This document shows positions 12,660-25,146 of a stretch of 64,000 bases of DNA, in pieces (the stretch's first letter is position 1; every line of letters starts with the position of its first letter). Under the pieces are notes generated by a model. The model ran no database searches and was not told the origin of the DNA. It was given only the letters and a program-made list of their open reading frames with translations. The translations under genes were made by a program, and so were the position numbers. This DNA is from Trichosphaerium sp. ATCC 40318 (taxonomy: Eukaryota; Protista; Tubulinea): contig JALMLS010000195.1 in NCBI GenBank assembly GCA_038496445.1, positions 1-64,000 on the forward strand, read 5' to 3'.

Positions 12660-15600
12660 TTAAGCACTTGCGGAAAAAAAATCTTGGGCATCTCGTGCTG
12701 TGATACCAAGAAAGAATAAAAGAGTACCAAGCGACTCTTGGTTTATTCTATAAAAAAGAAGATACAGGTTACTACTAAGCTACGAAAACTGAAAAAAAAT
12801 ATGAAGTTGTCATTCTGTTTTCTTTGTGAGTGATTGATTTACACAATGTGTTTTTGAGAAAATGTAGAAGAAAGCATGGGTGATTACTTGGAGATTTAAC
12901 GCCCAGTTTTGCAAAAGTTTTTATACGCTTACCTGTATTTAGCTATCTCTTGAACGTGTTTTTTAGCGTTATAAGCAACACCAAGACCTGCTTTAGCAAG
13001 CATAGGTAAATCATTCGCGCCATCGCCAATAGCTATGACTTGAGGCAAAGGAATACCTTCATCCTAAAAAGAATAAGAGTTAAAAACAACTCCAAACACT
13101 GCACGAGTTATAAAAACTACACGGTGTATCACGTTATGGTTACTATTTCATCACGTGATAAAAGACAAAAAAGATAAATCAAAAAACTCGTTGCATAAAC
13201 ACAGTAGTCAATAGTGAGTCATGTTTCATGCAGTTTGTGGAATAGAGTCCAAAATGTGCTTTGTTTTTTTCTTATCATGACCCATCTTATGAATTGATCC
13301 GAAAATGCACCAAAATAAAGCCTGTACAGTACCTTTGCGATTTGTGACAGAAGCTCTTCTTTCTTTTTGGAGTCAACAATCATTCCCGTTACCTCACCAG
13401 TAAGAATACCATCAACAACTTCAAGTTGGTTGGCAAACGCGTAGTCCAAGCTCTAAAAAAATAAGCAAATCACCCGGCCGCTGTGTACGAGATTTTGTTT
13501 GTTTGGAACAATTTGTCTTTTTTGAAACAGAGAATCAGAAACAATACGTACCAACTCATCCTTAACGTGCTTTATAATATCAGTAAACCCTCCTGAAATT
13601 ACAGCCATTTTGTAACCAAGTTTTTTTAAAACACCGCATAAAAAGTGAGCTCTAAATAATACAATAAGAATAAACGTATGGTATAATACGCTTTTGGATA
13701 TGGATAAAAAAAGTTACGAAACAAGTTAGGAACCAACAAAATCAAAGCCAAAAAAAACTTTTTATCACGTGATTTTTGTAACGTGATTTAAAAAACGTGC
13801 CCATCTGAGTATACCAAGTTTGATACTATCTCTCCGAATATTGCCTCTGTCTGACCCTTCAACATACGTACTCTCTTACGGAGACAAAGTTCAAAGTCTA
13901 GCTCTCCATTCATAGCTCTAGTAGGCGTTATTATCTTTTTTTGGGTGAGAAAGAAGGCAAGATTTTTTGTATTTTTAGCAACAGCTAGCGCTGTATTCTT
14001 TTCGGTAAAACATAGCGCTACCTCTTTGTTATCTCTTTAACTTCATCATAGACACCGGCATGCCTGGCCATTTCGTTAATGCACTACAGCAAAATGTTAA
14101 AAACGTGGCGATGTAAGTTTATAACACTACCTCTTGTTGAATGAGTGTTGAGTCCATATCAAATACAATTAATCTACGAACACTTCTGATCAAGTTGTTA
14201 GGTTGCAAGGATATATCGGTTTCATTGGCTTTGCCTAAAGGTGTTACAAAAAAATCTCATGCAATAGTTCGTACTGATAGTGAGCAATCCAGAGCTTAGC
14301 TCATCATATTTTGTAGGATCGAGCAACAGATACATGGCTAAGCATCGCGTTTCTGAATCAAAAAAATTAGCTTGGTGTTTCTGCTCTTTCTTACCTTTTC
14401 CTTGCTCGAAAGGCACCACACTTGTTATACAACCACCTAAGCGACAATTAAGTATTATTTTCAACAGTCTTGTACCTTGTGATGTTACTGCAGAAGCGAT
14501 GTTATTTAGAATAGAAATATCGACTTTAGGCGTGATAGTTAGTACATAGTCGCTACCGCTCTTTGCAGTAACAGCACTACATTTCACATTCTTGATAGCT
14601 GTAATAGCAGCGACCAAATCAGAGACTTTCGTATCACTGGTCTATTTGATGAGAGTCAGTAACATAGCGCGACAAGTGTGAAAACAGTACCTCTACAATT
14701 GCGAATGAAATAGCGCACATTTCATCTAAAGTGTCAAATGCCAAATCAACAATCTTTGATTTAGAAGCAGCAATCTCTTTAAATACTCCAGTAACTTCTT
14801 CACTGGATTTACAAGCAACGGATACATATTTACCCGTTGCAGACAAAGGGTATGTAGCAGCGACATTGGAATCTTGGAGTGACTGACTCGTGTATCCAAA
14901 TACTTGAGATAAGTAAGAAATGTCGACTTGAGACATCGAATCTACGTTCTCATTGAATGCACTTAGAGACTTTGTGGTGATTGCTAAAGTTTTAAGTTAA
15001 CTAAATGTGAATCAAATTCTAAAACGTACATAGACCAATCATTGGCAATGCAGTGCTATCAGCACCTAAACGACTTGTTAGAAGAAGGGTTCAGAGTGGT
15101 TCTTGGGTTTGGCGTACCTATTGTAACAATTTGATTTTCGTCTACCCCTTGCTCATCAGTTTGAGACTTACAATACGTTTTGACTTGAGCCAAGCCACTA
15201 ATAGGACCTTGTAAATTACCTGTAATAGAACATTGTAAGCATAGATATTGAAACGTAACTCATACCTGTCAACACGCCATCTGATACTTCAAGTGTATTA
15301 CAGAACACGGCGTCAATGCCCAACAAGCCAGCAACGTGTTTTGCGAGGAATGAAAACCCGTCTGTGACGATGTACGCACGAACTCTAATTGCTAATTAGC
15401 TCGAAGATAAGTACGAAATAATGGGAGTACCCAAGTTGTTTCAAGTTTTGGCATAGCGTCTCAGCACCGCTAGATAATTTTGTGTTTTTAAGAATCGTAT
15501 CAATTTGATCTTTTGTTAGACCCTGGCTCGCGTTAGTAGCTTTAAAACTATTGTAGTTACCTTCAATAGAGACGCTCTATTCGAGATGTTTGCCTTACGT

Positions 15601-16810
15601 TCATCTTCGGTACATCCTTGGAGAGGTATAGCGAGCATCTAGAAACCGAAATTTTGAGAAAAAAAATGTAGCGTGTCAAAATTTGAAATGTTTAATTTGT
15701 TAATTAACTTCAAACAGAATTTCTAAATTACGTACCTTATCCTCTACGCCTAATACCTTGGCTGCTTCCTCACAAAATTTTGTGTCTGTTAAAGTTCCTT
15801 CTACACCAGAAAAGAAAACCTAGTTCGTAGTTTAATACAGAAAAAACATGAAGAAGAACGGATACAAGAGCTTTGTTAATGACATACTACGCGCTTATAT
15901 GATCTTGCGAGGCCCTGTTGTTGTAGTATCGTATCTACATCGTATTTTAAACCTATAGGAGATATAAGGATAAGAACACATAAGTGCGATAACGAGGGAG
16001 AAGTTAATTAATGTTAATTAAGAATGTGCTTTAAGTTTATACGTAAACTTAATTACCTGTGTTAAACAGCTCCTTTTTGAGCTCCGTCATTAGTTTTGTA
16101 TTATCAAAGAGTGTCTTTGGTATGCTCATAAATATATCACAACCATTAGCGCTATCGGTAAGGTTCACAATCTTATCACATTAACAAAACATAGATATAA
16201 ATAATAAAAAAATAAGAACCTTAGAAATCTGTATTCCACTCTTTTTGAGCGTCTCAAGCATATCATTGAAGAATGAAACATCAAAACTTGTAGATTTTAG
16301 TATTGTAAGCACGTGCGGAACCTAAGGCGGGAAATTAGAGCGGACGTTAAAGCGTCAAAAACACAAGAATTTTCAACTGAGAAAAACACGAATTGCCCGG
16401 TTTACAAAGTCTGTGCGCGTACGCTGTCGCTCACGGCATCTGTTGAAGTGTCTATTTGTTTGTATTCTACGAGAATTTAATAAAAAGACATTTTGACGAC
16501 CTGTCGTACCAATAGTTACTCCAGATAGCTCTGGTGACTCAATTATATCGTTAAGAGCGGATAGTGTAGTGTTTTCTAGAACAAAACTTCCACATGACGC
16601 TTCATGCAAGTTTACGAGCTTTGCATCGCTATTGGCGTTACAATAGGACTTTGTGACTTTATCCGTACTGACACACCAAACCGGCGTCGGAGAACGCGTT
16701 TGTGAGTTTAGAAAACACGCATTGGGGTGTTTGGCACCTATTCCGTATAAACCGCAAGTAAATGGGTATTAAGGAAAGTACCAAAAGCTTAGGTTGATAC
16801 GAGAAGCCAT
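12660..16810 (-). CDS. serB: phosphoserine phosphatase (SerB-type HAD) with an internal duplication: N-terminal inactive copy + C-terminal active copy
   Basis: C-terminal domain has LIVFDMDSTLIQQE, RAMNGELDF, VISGGF, ANQLEVVDGILTG and IGDGANDLPML; N-terminal copy has VFFSGVEGTL, IVTDGF, CNTLEVSDGVLTG and IGADSTALPM; ~17 introns. Confidence 0.9.
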
Positions 16811-16936
16811 AGAAATATAGTCACAAGCGGGAACAGGTATCTAAACGACAAAAAACGAGTGACTTAGTGAATTGTGGCTTAAAATCGACAAAAAAAAAAG
16901 TGTATCTTTTCAAAATTGTTTTATTCGTCCTCATGG

Positions 16937-18283
16937 TTAAGGATCTTCTTCAAAATCAATGACGTCTTCCTCATCATATCTATCAACTTCTTGTAGAGTG
17001 ATGTCACTGAGCACTTGGTTTAGTGCATAAGCGACATGGTCACTGTCTTGTATTGCCAAAAGATTTGTAATCTTTGATGAACTCCAATATTCCATTATAT
17101 TCCGCTCTTTCGCTTCGGGATATGTAAATAGTTTTTCTTTGATTAGAGTCTGTAGTATCTTAGCATTTAATGAGTTTAGCGAATCAAATCCTTGTGCTTT
17201 ATGAATAGCCTTAGCTGCTTTTGGCATATCATTCAAACTATCAATGTGATATTTAAGGTTGTTATGATCTACAAAATTGCAGGACCAAGCTACTGTATCA
17301 TCCAAGTTTACAACTTGATGTGGTGCGCCAGCTGGTATATACATAAACTCACCTGGTTTTAGTACAGCATCGTAAATAGTAGCTTTTTCCAAATCAGGAA
17401 ACTTCTCGAGATCGGGAGAAAATAGATCAACTTTGAAGAATCCGTAATCGACATACGATGCTCTCTTGTCTATTTCTGTTGGATACAAATACCTTCCAGT
17501 ACTGTGCTTAGTAACTCTCCAATGTTTTCTTCCTTCAAGGAGAGCCATTCCGAACTGTGTCATACGTGAATCAACATGAAGTCTAGTCAGAGTACTTTTT
17601 GGACCAATAAACAAAGAAGGATGAGCTTCTGCTCTCATTTTCTTTACCGTATATCCATACCTATTCCTATAACTACCTGATGCATTATTCACTGCTTCTT
17701 TATAATCAGGGTCACTATCAAGTACTTCTATAACTCTATCTAGAAGCTCATATGTGAGCTGAAAATCAGCATAAAAATATTTTGGCATTTTAATCTTGTT
17801 GAACAAAGCAGGACAAAGACAAGACATAGCAGTGTCGTGTAGGTATAACTGTCTTCCACCTGCAACTGATAGTATCTTCTGAGTTGCTATCAACTGTTCT
17901 ACAGTTTCTATGTTGAGTTCTTCTAGATCTGCGTCGATCAATGCTCCCCACTCGTTTCCGACTGTTTCTTCTGCGTAGTATTTAACGTCAACGTCGTTGT
18001 CGTTGCACTCAGTCATTAATGGTCTATGACCACATTCAGTTTCTATGAACTGTAGAGGAGTTTGACCAGTTTCCTTTCCGATCTCTGGTATAGCGTTCCT
18101 TATGATCACTGGAATACCTTCGGAAGCCCATTTCTCTTGGAATTCCGCAAAACTAACCTCATTTGCGTCTATTACGGGTATTTTTTGGATTATTTGCGCG
18201 TTTCCGGTATAGACGCAGCTAATAAGTACTACTAGTAGCGTTGCAACGCGTAGAAAAGGGTTTCTAAGGTTGCAAAAAATCAT
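16937..18283 (-). CDS. JmjC-domain 2OG/Fe(II) oxygenase with N-terminal signal peptide, intronless
   Basis: SLFIGP..T.TRLHVDS (HxD), GRKHW, LKPGEFMYIPAGAPHQVVN (distal His); hydrophobic leader VATLLVVLISCVYTG; first ATG at 18283. Confidence 0.85.
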   Translation of the reverse strand: MIFCNLRNPFLRVATLLVVLISCVYTGNAQIIQKIPVIDANEVSFAEFQEKWASEGIPVIIRNAIPEIGKETGQTPLQFIETECGHRPLMTECNDNDVDVKYYAEETVGNEWGALIDADLEELNIETVEQLIATQKILSVAGGRQLYLHDTAMSCLCPALFNKIKMPKYFYADFQLTYELLDRVIEVLDSDPDYKEAVNNASGSYRNRYGYTVKKMRAEAHPSLFIGPKSTLTRLHVDSRMTQFGMALLEGRKHWRVTKHSTGRYLYPTEIDKRASYVDYGFFKVDLFSPDLEKFPDLEKATIYDAVLKPGEFMYIPAGAPHQVVNLDDTVAWSCNFVDHNNLKYHIDSLNDMPKAAKAIHKAQGFDSLNSLNAKILQTLIKEKLFTYPEAKERNIMEYWSSSKITNLLAIQDSDHVAYALNQVLSDITLQEVDRYDEEDVIDFEEDP

Positions 18284-18802
18284 GCGCAAGTTGCAGTACA
18301 AAAACAAACTTTATCTACGCGTTAAGTTGTTGCTGAAGCTTAACGATACTGCCGTTTTTCGACAAAGCTTTGTAGACTTTAGTTTCTCATGTTTGGACAT
18401 GTTTTGATCAAATACTAGTTTTATTTTTTTCAACAAAACCCCAAACTACTTTCAAACGCCATCAATCATATTATCTACGCGAAACTAACGTTCGTATGCC
18501 ATTTATCACAACATTTTATTTTCGTTTATTACAACTTCTTTTAACATGAACATACTTACATGTATCACTCATACAACTCGTTACGCCAAATATGTCACTT
18601 ATAGTAACGTCAGGTATATTTTACGACTAAGAATGGCTTAACTTTTCGCACTACTTTTTAAACGTTAAAACCATTACAACTCAGCGTGGATAACGCGTAC
18701 GCACCGCTCTTAATAATTGTTTACTACAAAAGCGGATAAACGCACAATTATTCCACTAATAGCGATCAGCACCATTAAATTACGCTCGTCAGACCTTCCA
18801 CG

Positions 18803-20808
18803 ATGCTTATGAGTGGAAATTCAACTGTTGAATGTGTTAGTCCAGGAGATACTTCATGGGTAGCTACAGCAACTGTTCTCGTGCTTGGTATGATGCCTGG
18901 GCTCGCTCTCTTCGAAGCAGGCCTCCTGAGGTCTAAAAACAGCGTCAGCATCTCTCTTCAAGTCATGGGCGGTTTGTCAGTATTGAGCACCATGTGGTAC
19001 TTGTTTGGCTTTTCTCTTACATTCGGACCTGACCAGGCACGTGATAAACCATAATTTCACCAAAAAATAACTGGGGTTATGAGCGGGAACCACAAAACAA
19101 CAAGAAAAATTTTTGCTGATAAAATGTAGGCCGGATTGATTGGAAATCATAAACATTTCTTGTTCCTTAACTTATCACATACAAAGTGTTTATCTCAATA
19201 CGCACCGACTATACCAGGTGAATTATTTGGAGCGTTTCAGATGATGTTCGCTGCCATCACGCCATTGTTGATGACAGGTATGATGACAAACAACTCTTTT
19301 TTGAAGACACTTGTTTTTTAACTTTAATTGTTATGTAGGTGCTTATGCTGAACGCCTAAAGTTTAAGTCATTCATGATATTCACGATATTATGGGAGATT
19401 ATAGTGTACTATCCACTAGCTCATTGGATATGGGGACACAAGTACACAACAACAAAACCCCAAAAAATCGCTAACAATTTCGTAAAATAGTGGCTGGTTG
19501 CATCGTATGCATGCGTTGGATTTTGCCGGAGGTATTGTCATCCATACAAGTGCTGGAGCAGGTATAAATATAGTCAAAGTTATAAGTCAAACTAACCAAA
19601 AGATTAGGAGCATTCATTTCGGCACTAGGTTCATAAAATTAAGTGAGATGTTATTTCTAACATTTTTGTAGTTCTTGGTAAACGTGAAGGGTTTCATATT
19701 CACCACGGAGAATTTCCACCTAGTAACTTACCTCTTGCCACTGTTGGAGCAGCTTTGTTGTGGATTGGCTGGGTAATTAAGCGAATTTTTATGACGTATG
19801 TTTTCTTATGACTCTTTCTTTAGTTTGGATTCAACGCTGGAAGCGCATTGAGTTCTGGAAGCTTAGCTGCAAGAACAATTGTCAATACTCAAATAGCTGG
19901 AGCAATGTCAGGGTCAGTATGGTTATTAATATCGACACTTCAAGGAAATCCATCTCTGGTTAGTGTACTGAATGGTGTTGTTGGCGGATTAGCTGGTAAA
20001 CTCTTTTTACCTCTTTCACGTGACTTTTTGTTTAATAACTTTGTTAAAGGCATTACGCCATGTTCTGGATATGTATCAAACCAGAGTGCAAGTGTCATTG
20101 GCTTGATACTTGGACTTGGTTCGTTTTTTGCTGTTTGGCTCATTAAAGGTATGGCATATCTTAACTTGTTGTTCGCTGAGATTTTTTACTTTAGGAAAGC
20201 TTCATATAGATGACGCTCTGGATGTTTCCAGTGTTCATGGTATAACAGGAGTTATTGGTAGTATCGCTATCGGTTTCGTTGCATCAAAGAAGATCAATCC
20301 TGGTATAGTTCATGGTGGATGGATAGACGGTACCATCTTTTAAGTTGAATTTTTTGGTTTTGTTGTTGCTTATGCTGAAGTCTTCTTTGAAGCCTTCGAT
20401 TGTTTGCGTTCGTGAGAATCTTACTTTGTGTTTGTAGGTTATCCGTCTTTGATTGGCGTTCAGCTTCTGGCTGTTGGTGTAGCTGCTGCTTGGTCTGCTG
20501 TGTGGACTATTTTAATATTGCTTGTTTTGAAGCATACAATTGGATTGAAAAAGGATCATGAGCATGGATTAGATAAGATTGAGCATAAAGAAAGCGCTTA
20601 TGATATTTTACAAACATGGCAAAGTGAAATCGATGGTGCTATAAATAACGTTGGTACGTCAATCTTTCTAACAAGCAACATTCTTTTTTTTTAAAATATA
20701 TTTTGGTTTGAGCCTTGGTTATTACCAGGACACTTGTAGTGACCATTCTAATTTTCTTATTTTAAAGATAAAGATATTGAAGTCATTGGAGTTGATAAGA
20801 ATATCTAG
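18803..20808 (+). CDS. amt: ammonium transporter (Amt/Mep family)
   Basis: GDTSW, MMPGLALFEAG, FQMMFAAITP, DFAGGIVIH, WIGWFGFNAGS, ITPCSG and IDDALDVSSVHG after splicing ~10 introns. Confidence 0.95.
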
Positions 20809-21173
20809 AATAAGTTTCAAAGTCATATATGTATGTCTCGAAGTCTTCAACAAAAAAACAAAGTGTATAAAAAATATCATTGAATAAAACAATATGTATA
20901 CAACAACCTATGCAAAAAACCACCTCCCACACCAAAATAGATCATGAGCACTTGATAGAGAACAAAATGGAAATGAGAAAATGACTTAGCAAGCTGACTT
21001 AATACCAGGAATAGCGAAATCAATCACATGATTTTAAGCAGTTTGGAAGTAATTTCTAACCCCGCAGCGCTTTCTTGACAATACATTAATAGTGTACGTT
21101 TATTTCCAAAAGACTTTTCGTTAATATATAACTTTACGACAATAATTTACTTTTCGGTAAATTTGGCGTCTCC

Positions 21174-23486
21174 ATGATATCCACAAAACTAACAAGAGCG
21201 CAGGAAAGACTTATTTCTCTTCTTTTGGCTTTAATACAGCCTATTCCATCAGACTCCGAATTTATCGAACCACACGATGATTTTAATACCTCGATGTTTA
21301 TCACGTGGTATAGTACTTAGAGGATTGGCTATAATTAGTGCGTGTTGATCAGTTTTGGTTTTGTTTCGCCCTTTTTATTTTGTTTTCACAAGTACTGAAT
21401 TTGTTACAGTTATTTTTGGCTTGATTTCGCACGTGGAGTCCAGGGCATATGTCATAGAGCCGTTGGAAATACAAAATAGTAGTTTCCCCATATGGCCTCA
21501 AGAATACGAGGGGAATACGATACATTTCCGTCCTTTTGAAGGGCTAGTAGTTGAGAAGCATCATAACAACATATCTGGCAAGTTTGAAGTTTTTTTTTTC
21601 TTACAGTAGAAATGATTTTTCTGAATGTTGGCATGTTTAGGCAATATCGTTCTAATACGCCATTGTAAGGCGCCTTATGAACAAAAGTATAGACTTTTAC
21701 AATCTGAAGGCGCTATTGGTGTATTATGTGGCGTGTTAGGATTCCCAACGGACACACCTGGTGATGTATGCCAGCCTATTTAATCGCTAAGTTTAATTAT
21801 TTTGTTGTAGGAGATGTACGATGTAGACGGTTCTGATCGTTCTGATATCCACATACCCATAGCTACAGTCGTTATTAAAGATATAGACGCAGTATTAGAT
21901 GTAAAGGGATTTCTTAAAATACGACTAGAGACAGGTAACGTAATAATATGTTATTCCACGTGTTGAAAAACCAATATATTCTCAGAATCGAATAATTATA
22001 TGGATGCTTTGGAGTCTCCCTGGATGTGGGTGTGGCATTTTACGCTTCTCATTTTCCTATTTTGCAATACGGTATTAGGTTTGTACAGGTAAGAGATGTA
22101 CAGAAACGAATCTAATACTGCTTGAAGGCTGTATCAGCATTTATTGCTTGGAACGGGATGTAAGCTTACTGTTGGTTTATCTTGTGTGATACTATGCTTG
22201 GTTGCTATTTTCAGTACTACGAAAAAAAGTAATTTTATGGTGTTGTTAACACGTGCTAGCTATGTTTTTGAGCTTTGGAATCGATCCTTTGGGAGCACAC
22301 AAAGTTTACCACTACAGCTTTAAACGTGTAGTTTTTACTTTGCCTTTACCGCTTGTTCTTGCTCCTCTCTTTCTGATGGCTCTTTGGTGGTACGGATTGC
22401 TGTATGACCGTATTTGTAAGTTCTAATAGGCATAATTTATTGGGATCACTTAAAGTTCAAATCAATCCTGGGTTACTTCGTTTTAAGTGCGTTTTTTTTT
22501 TGAAGATATTCTTTTTTCTTTTTGAGGTTTCTTCTCTAACTTAATCAAGGTGGGCCTTTTATATTTGGATTACATTTCTTATAGCACAGCAAGTATTCTT
22601 TTCAATCCTAGAAGTGTTCTTCATCGTACGAAAACAAGTGCAACATCACAAGTTAACTTAATGAAGCTTCCTACATGGGCCAGGTTTTTTAGTCCTTCTA
22701 TTTATTTAGCTTCTTCTACATGCCTCCTCGGTTATTGTAGTTTAACACTATATCGTCTTCAAAAGCGCGTTAAAGATATACGCCAGAGAAACAAAGGAAC
22801 AGCAACAACGGAGTTGTTTTGGGTACGATGGATACATCGATATTATTTACATATCTGCTAGATCAAAGTACGACTTGGTTCAGTTATTCTGCTTTTACTA
22901 TGTATTTATGGTTTCTTCATTGGGTTTGCGTACGTATCGATGATCTAGTAATATCCTTATTTTATTCTTATGATAAAATGATAGAGTTGGTATGACACGT
23001 GGTGTAACATCAAGAATAATATTCTATTGGCTATTTTGGAATGTACTTCATGTGCTCATTTTGATACAACTCCTGGCATTGGCTCCTCCTAAGCGCAAGC
23101 AAACAAACTATGCTGATAGTCAATTCACATCAAGATCAAATCCAACAAGAACACGTATTTTTTTGAACACCAGGTAAGTAACAAGCCTCAAAACGCGGGG
23201 TTTTTTTTTTCTCACATTTTTTAGGCAACCTGATTTTGAAGATGACTCTTCGTCAAAAGAAGACTCTGTTGCTAAATCAGAACTTGATAGCAATCTATTC
23301 AAAACGGCTTTGGATGGTTTGGAGCCCAGAGATTCAATGACTTCTCTACAACGCAGTTTAAGTGCTCACAGTACTTGGAAATCAAGAAAATGGTGGAGTG
23401 TAAGAGCTATCAAAAAAAAAACAAGTGTAGATTGTATCCCTCAAAGAACAAAAAGTGCCAACAATATGTTAACTACAACAGTGTAG
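21174..23486 (+). CDS. PA (protease-associated) domain + seven-transmembrane protein; start uncertain
   Basis: PA-like GNIVLIRHCKAPYEQKYRLLQSEGAIGVL...IHIPIATV followed by 7 hydrophobic helices and a Ser-rich tail; ~11 introns. Confidence 0.7.
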
Positions 23487-23644
23487 AATGTGTAAAAAAC
23501 CCTAGTAAACAAAATTGAAAGTCAAGACAACAAAAGATTGCAAGCAAACGTGCCAAGGCATCCACTAAACACAACTTAATCTAAATCAGTGAATACGCAA
23601 CGTCGTCATCTTCTAAAAAGCCTTAAAAAACTGTGTTCTGTATT

Positions 23645-24677
23645 ATGGGCCTCACATCTAGTAAATACAAGGCTTTTGGCCGACAATGGGCAAACCAAAA
23701 GACGATATTTATAGTTGGTTTAGATGCAGCTGGAAAAGTACACCTTACGCGCTAAAATAGTACTGACAATGTGTAGACAACTATTTTGAACAAAATGCAG
23801 GTACTTTGTATACAATGTAACGAAAATGTATTAAAATGCTGGAATACAAGATAGGGGAAGTTGTTAATACTATTCCCGCTCTTGGTTTAAATGTAGAGTC
23901 AGTTGTAACTAGCAATGTAAAAATTACTTCTTTTGATTGTACGGCACGCTAAAAACCACTGCTAAGAACTCAAAATCAGCTTTTGACGCGAATTAGGTAG
24001 TACAAATGGGGTAAAACGCTTAAACCTTTAGAACTAAACTCTTTCACTTATCACCGCTATAGATACACAGAACATACCGTATTCTATACGACGAAGGTAA
24101 ATATAGCTCTCCGCTAACGGTCGACTCAACAAAACTCCTTCTGTAGGTTGTGATGGTATTATTTTTGTTATTGATAGTAATGACACAAATGAAGAGCGTA
24201 TTGCTCAAATCAAAGAAGAATTAGAACATACTTACAAAACCCACGCCAAACTTGAAGAAATTCCTATTTTATTCTTTGCAAATAAACAAGGTACACATAG
24301 TTTCACTAGATATTATATCTTTCTTTTATAGTTTTAATATTAACGCATACACAATAGATCTTCCTGATGCAATGTCAGCACAAACAGTACGTTATGGGTT
24401 TTTTGTTTTGTTTTTTTGTTTTTTTTGTTTTTTTGTTTTTTTTTTGTTTTGTAATTGTTTTGTTAGGTCGTTGGTAAACTGGGTATAAATATGTGGCCTA
24501 CCAGTAGAAAATGGTATATGCAAGCATGTAGCGCAGAAACAGAACACGGATTGATGGAGGTGACGCTATTTAGTTGTTAATTAAACACTTTCCAACATTT
24601 TTTGATTTTTTGTTAATTACGTTTAGGGTCTGGAATGGCTTGCAAAAGCAATTAATGAAACTCAAACAACAAAATAA
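23645..24677 (+). CDS. divergent Arf/Arl-family small GTPase
   Basis: MG start, GLDAAGKTT (G1), FVIDS, FANKQDLP (G4), QACSA, EGLEWL; 8 introns. Confidence 0.85.
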
Positions 24678-25146
24678 TGGTCTACCATCCATTGTTACAA
24701 CAAATAAATGGTTGTTAATATACAATACATGTATCAAGCGTTGATAGCGTATTTGTTTTAGATAGCTTGCTGTGTTGTGTAGGTGTAGTACCACGAGTAT
24801 TCTCGGAGCGCCGCACTCCTCGCGTAGAATGGAGACAACACGTGATTCTTTTTGAAAATAGTGACCCTTATAATGAAGAATAGTTACAAGTGTAGATTAT
24901 ATCGCAAGACAAGCAAAAAACAACAACACTGTGATGTCACGTGTTATTACCTGAATACACCCAAACATCATGGCGGATAATTCACTACCGACGCTGAAAT
25001 AGATATAGGACAATGTTGCTTGTGTTTTAACAACAGTATACGTAATGGTAGTTTTTAGAGAACTTTTGCGTAGTTTGGAGGATTTTAGTGAACAAGGATT
25101 TTTGCTGGCAAAAACCGACAAAGTATTTTTACCCCAAGAGCAATAA

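Noticed and set aside
14208-14215. Minus-strand ATATCCTT in serB
   Set aside because: Coding sequence (TDISLQP), in frame with the catalytic motif
22951-22958. ATATCCTT as a U12 donor
   Set aside because: Lies inside an ordinary gtacgt...atag intron whose removal already restores the frame (GFA|VGM)
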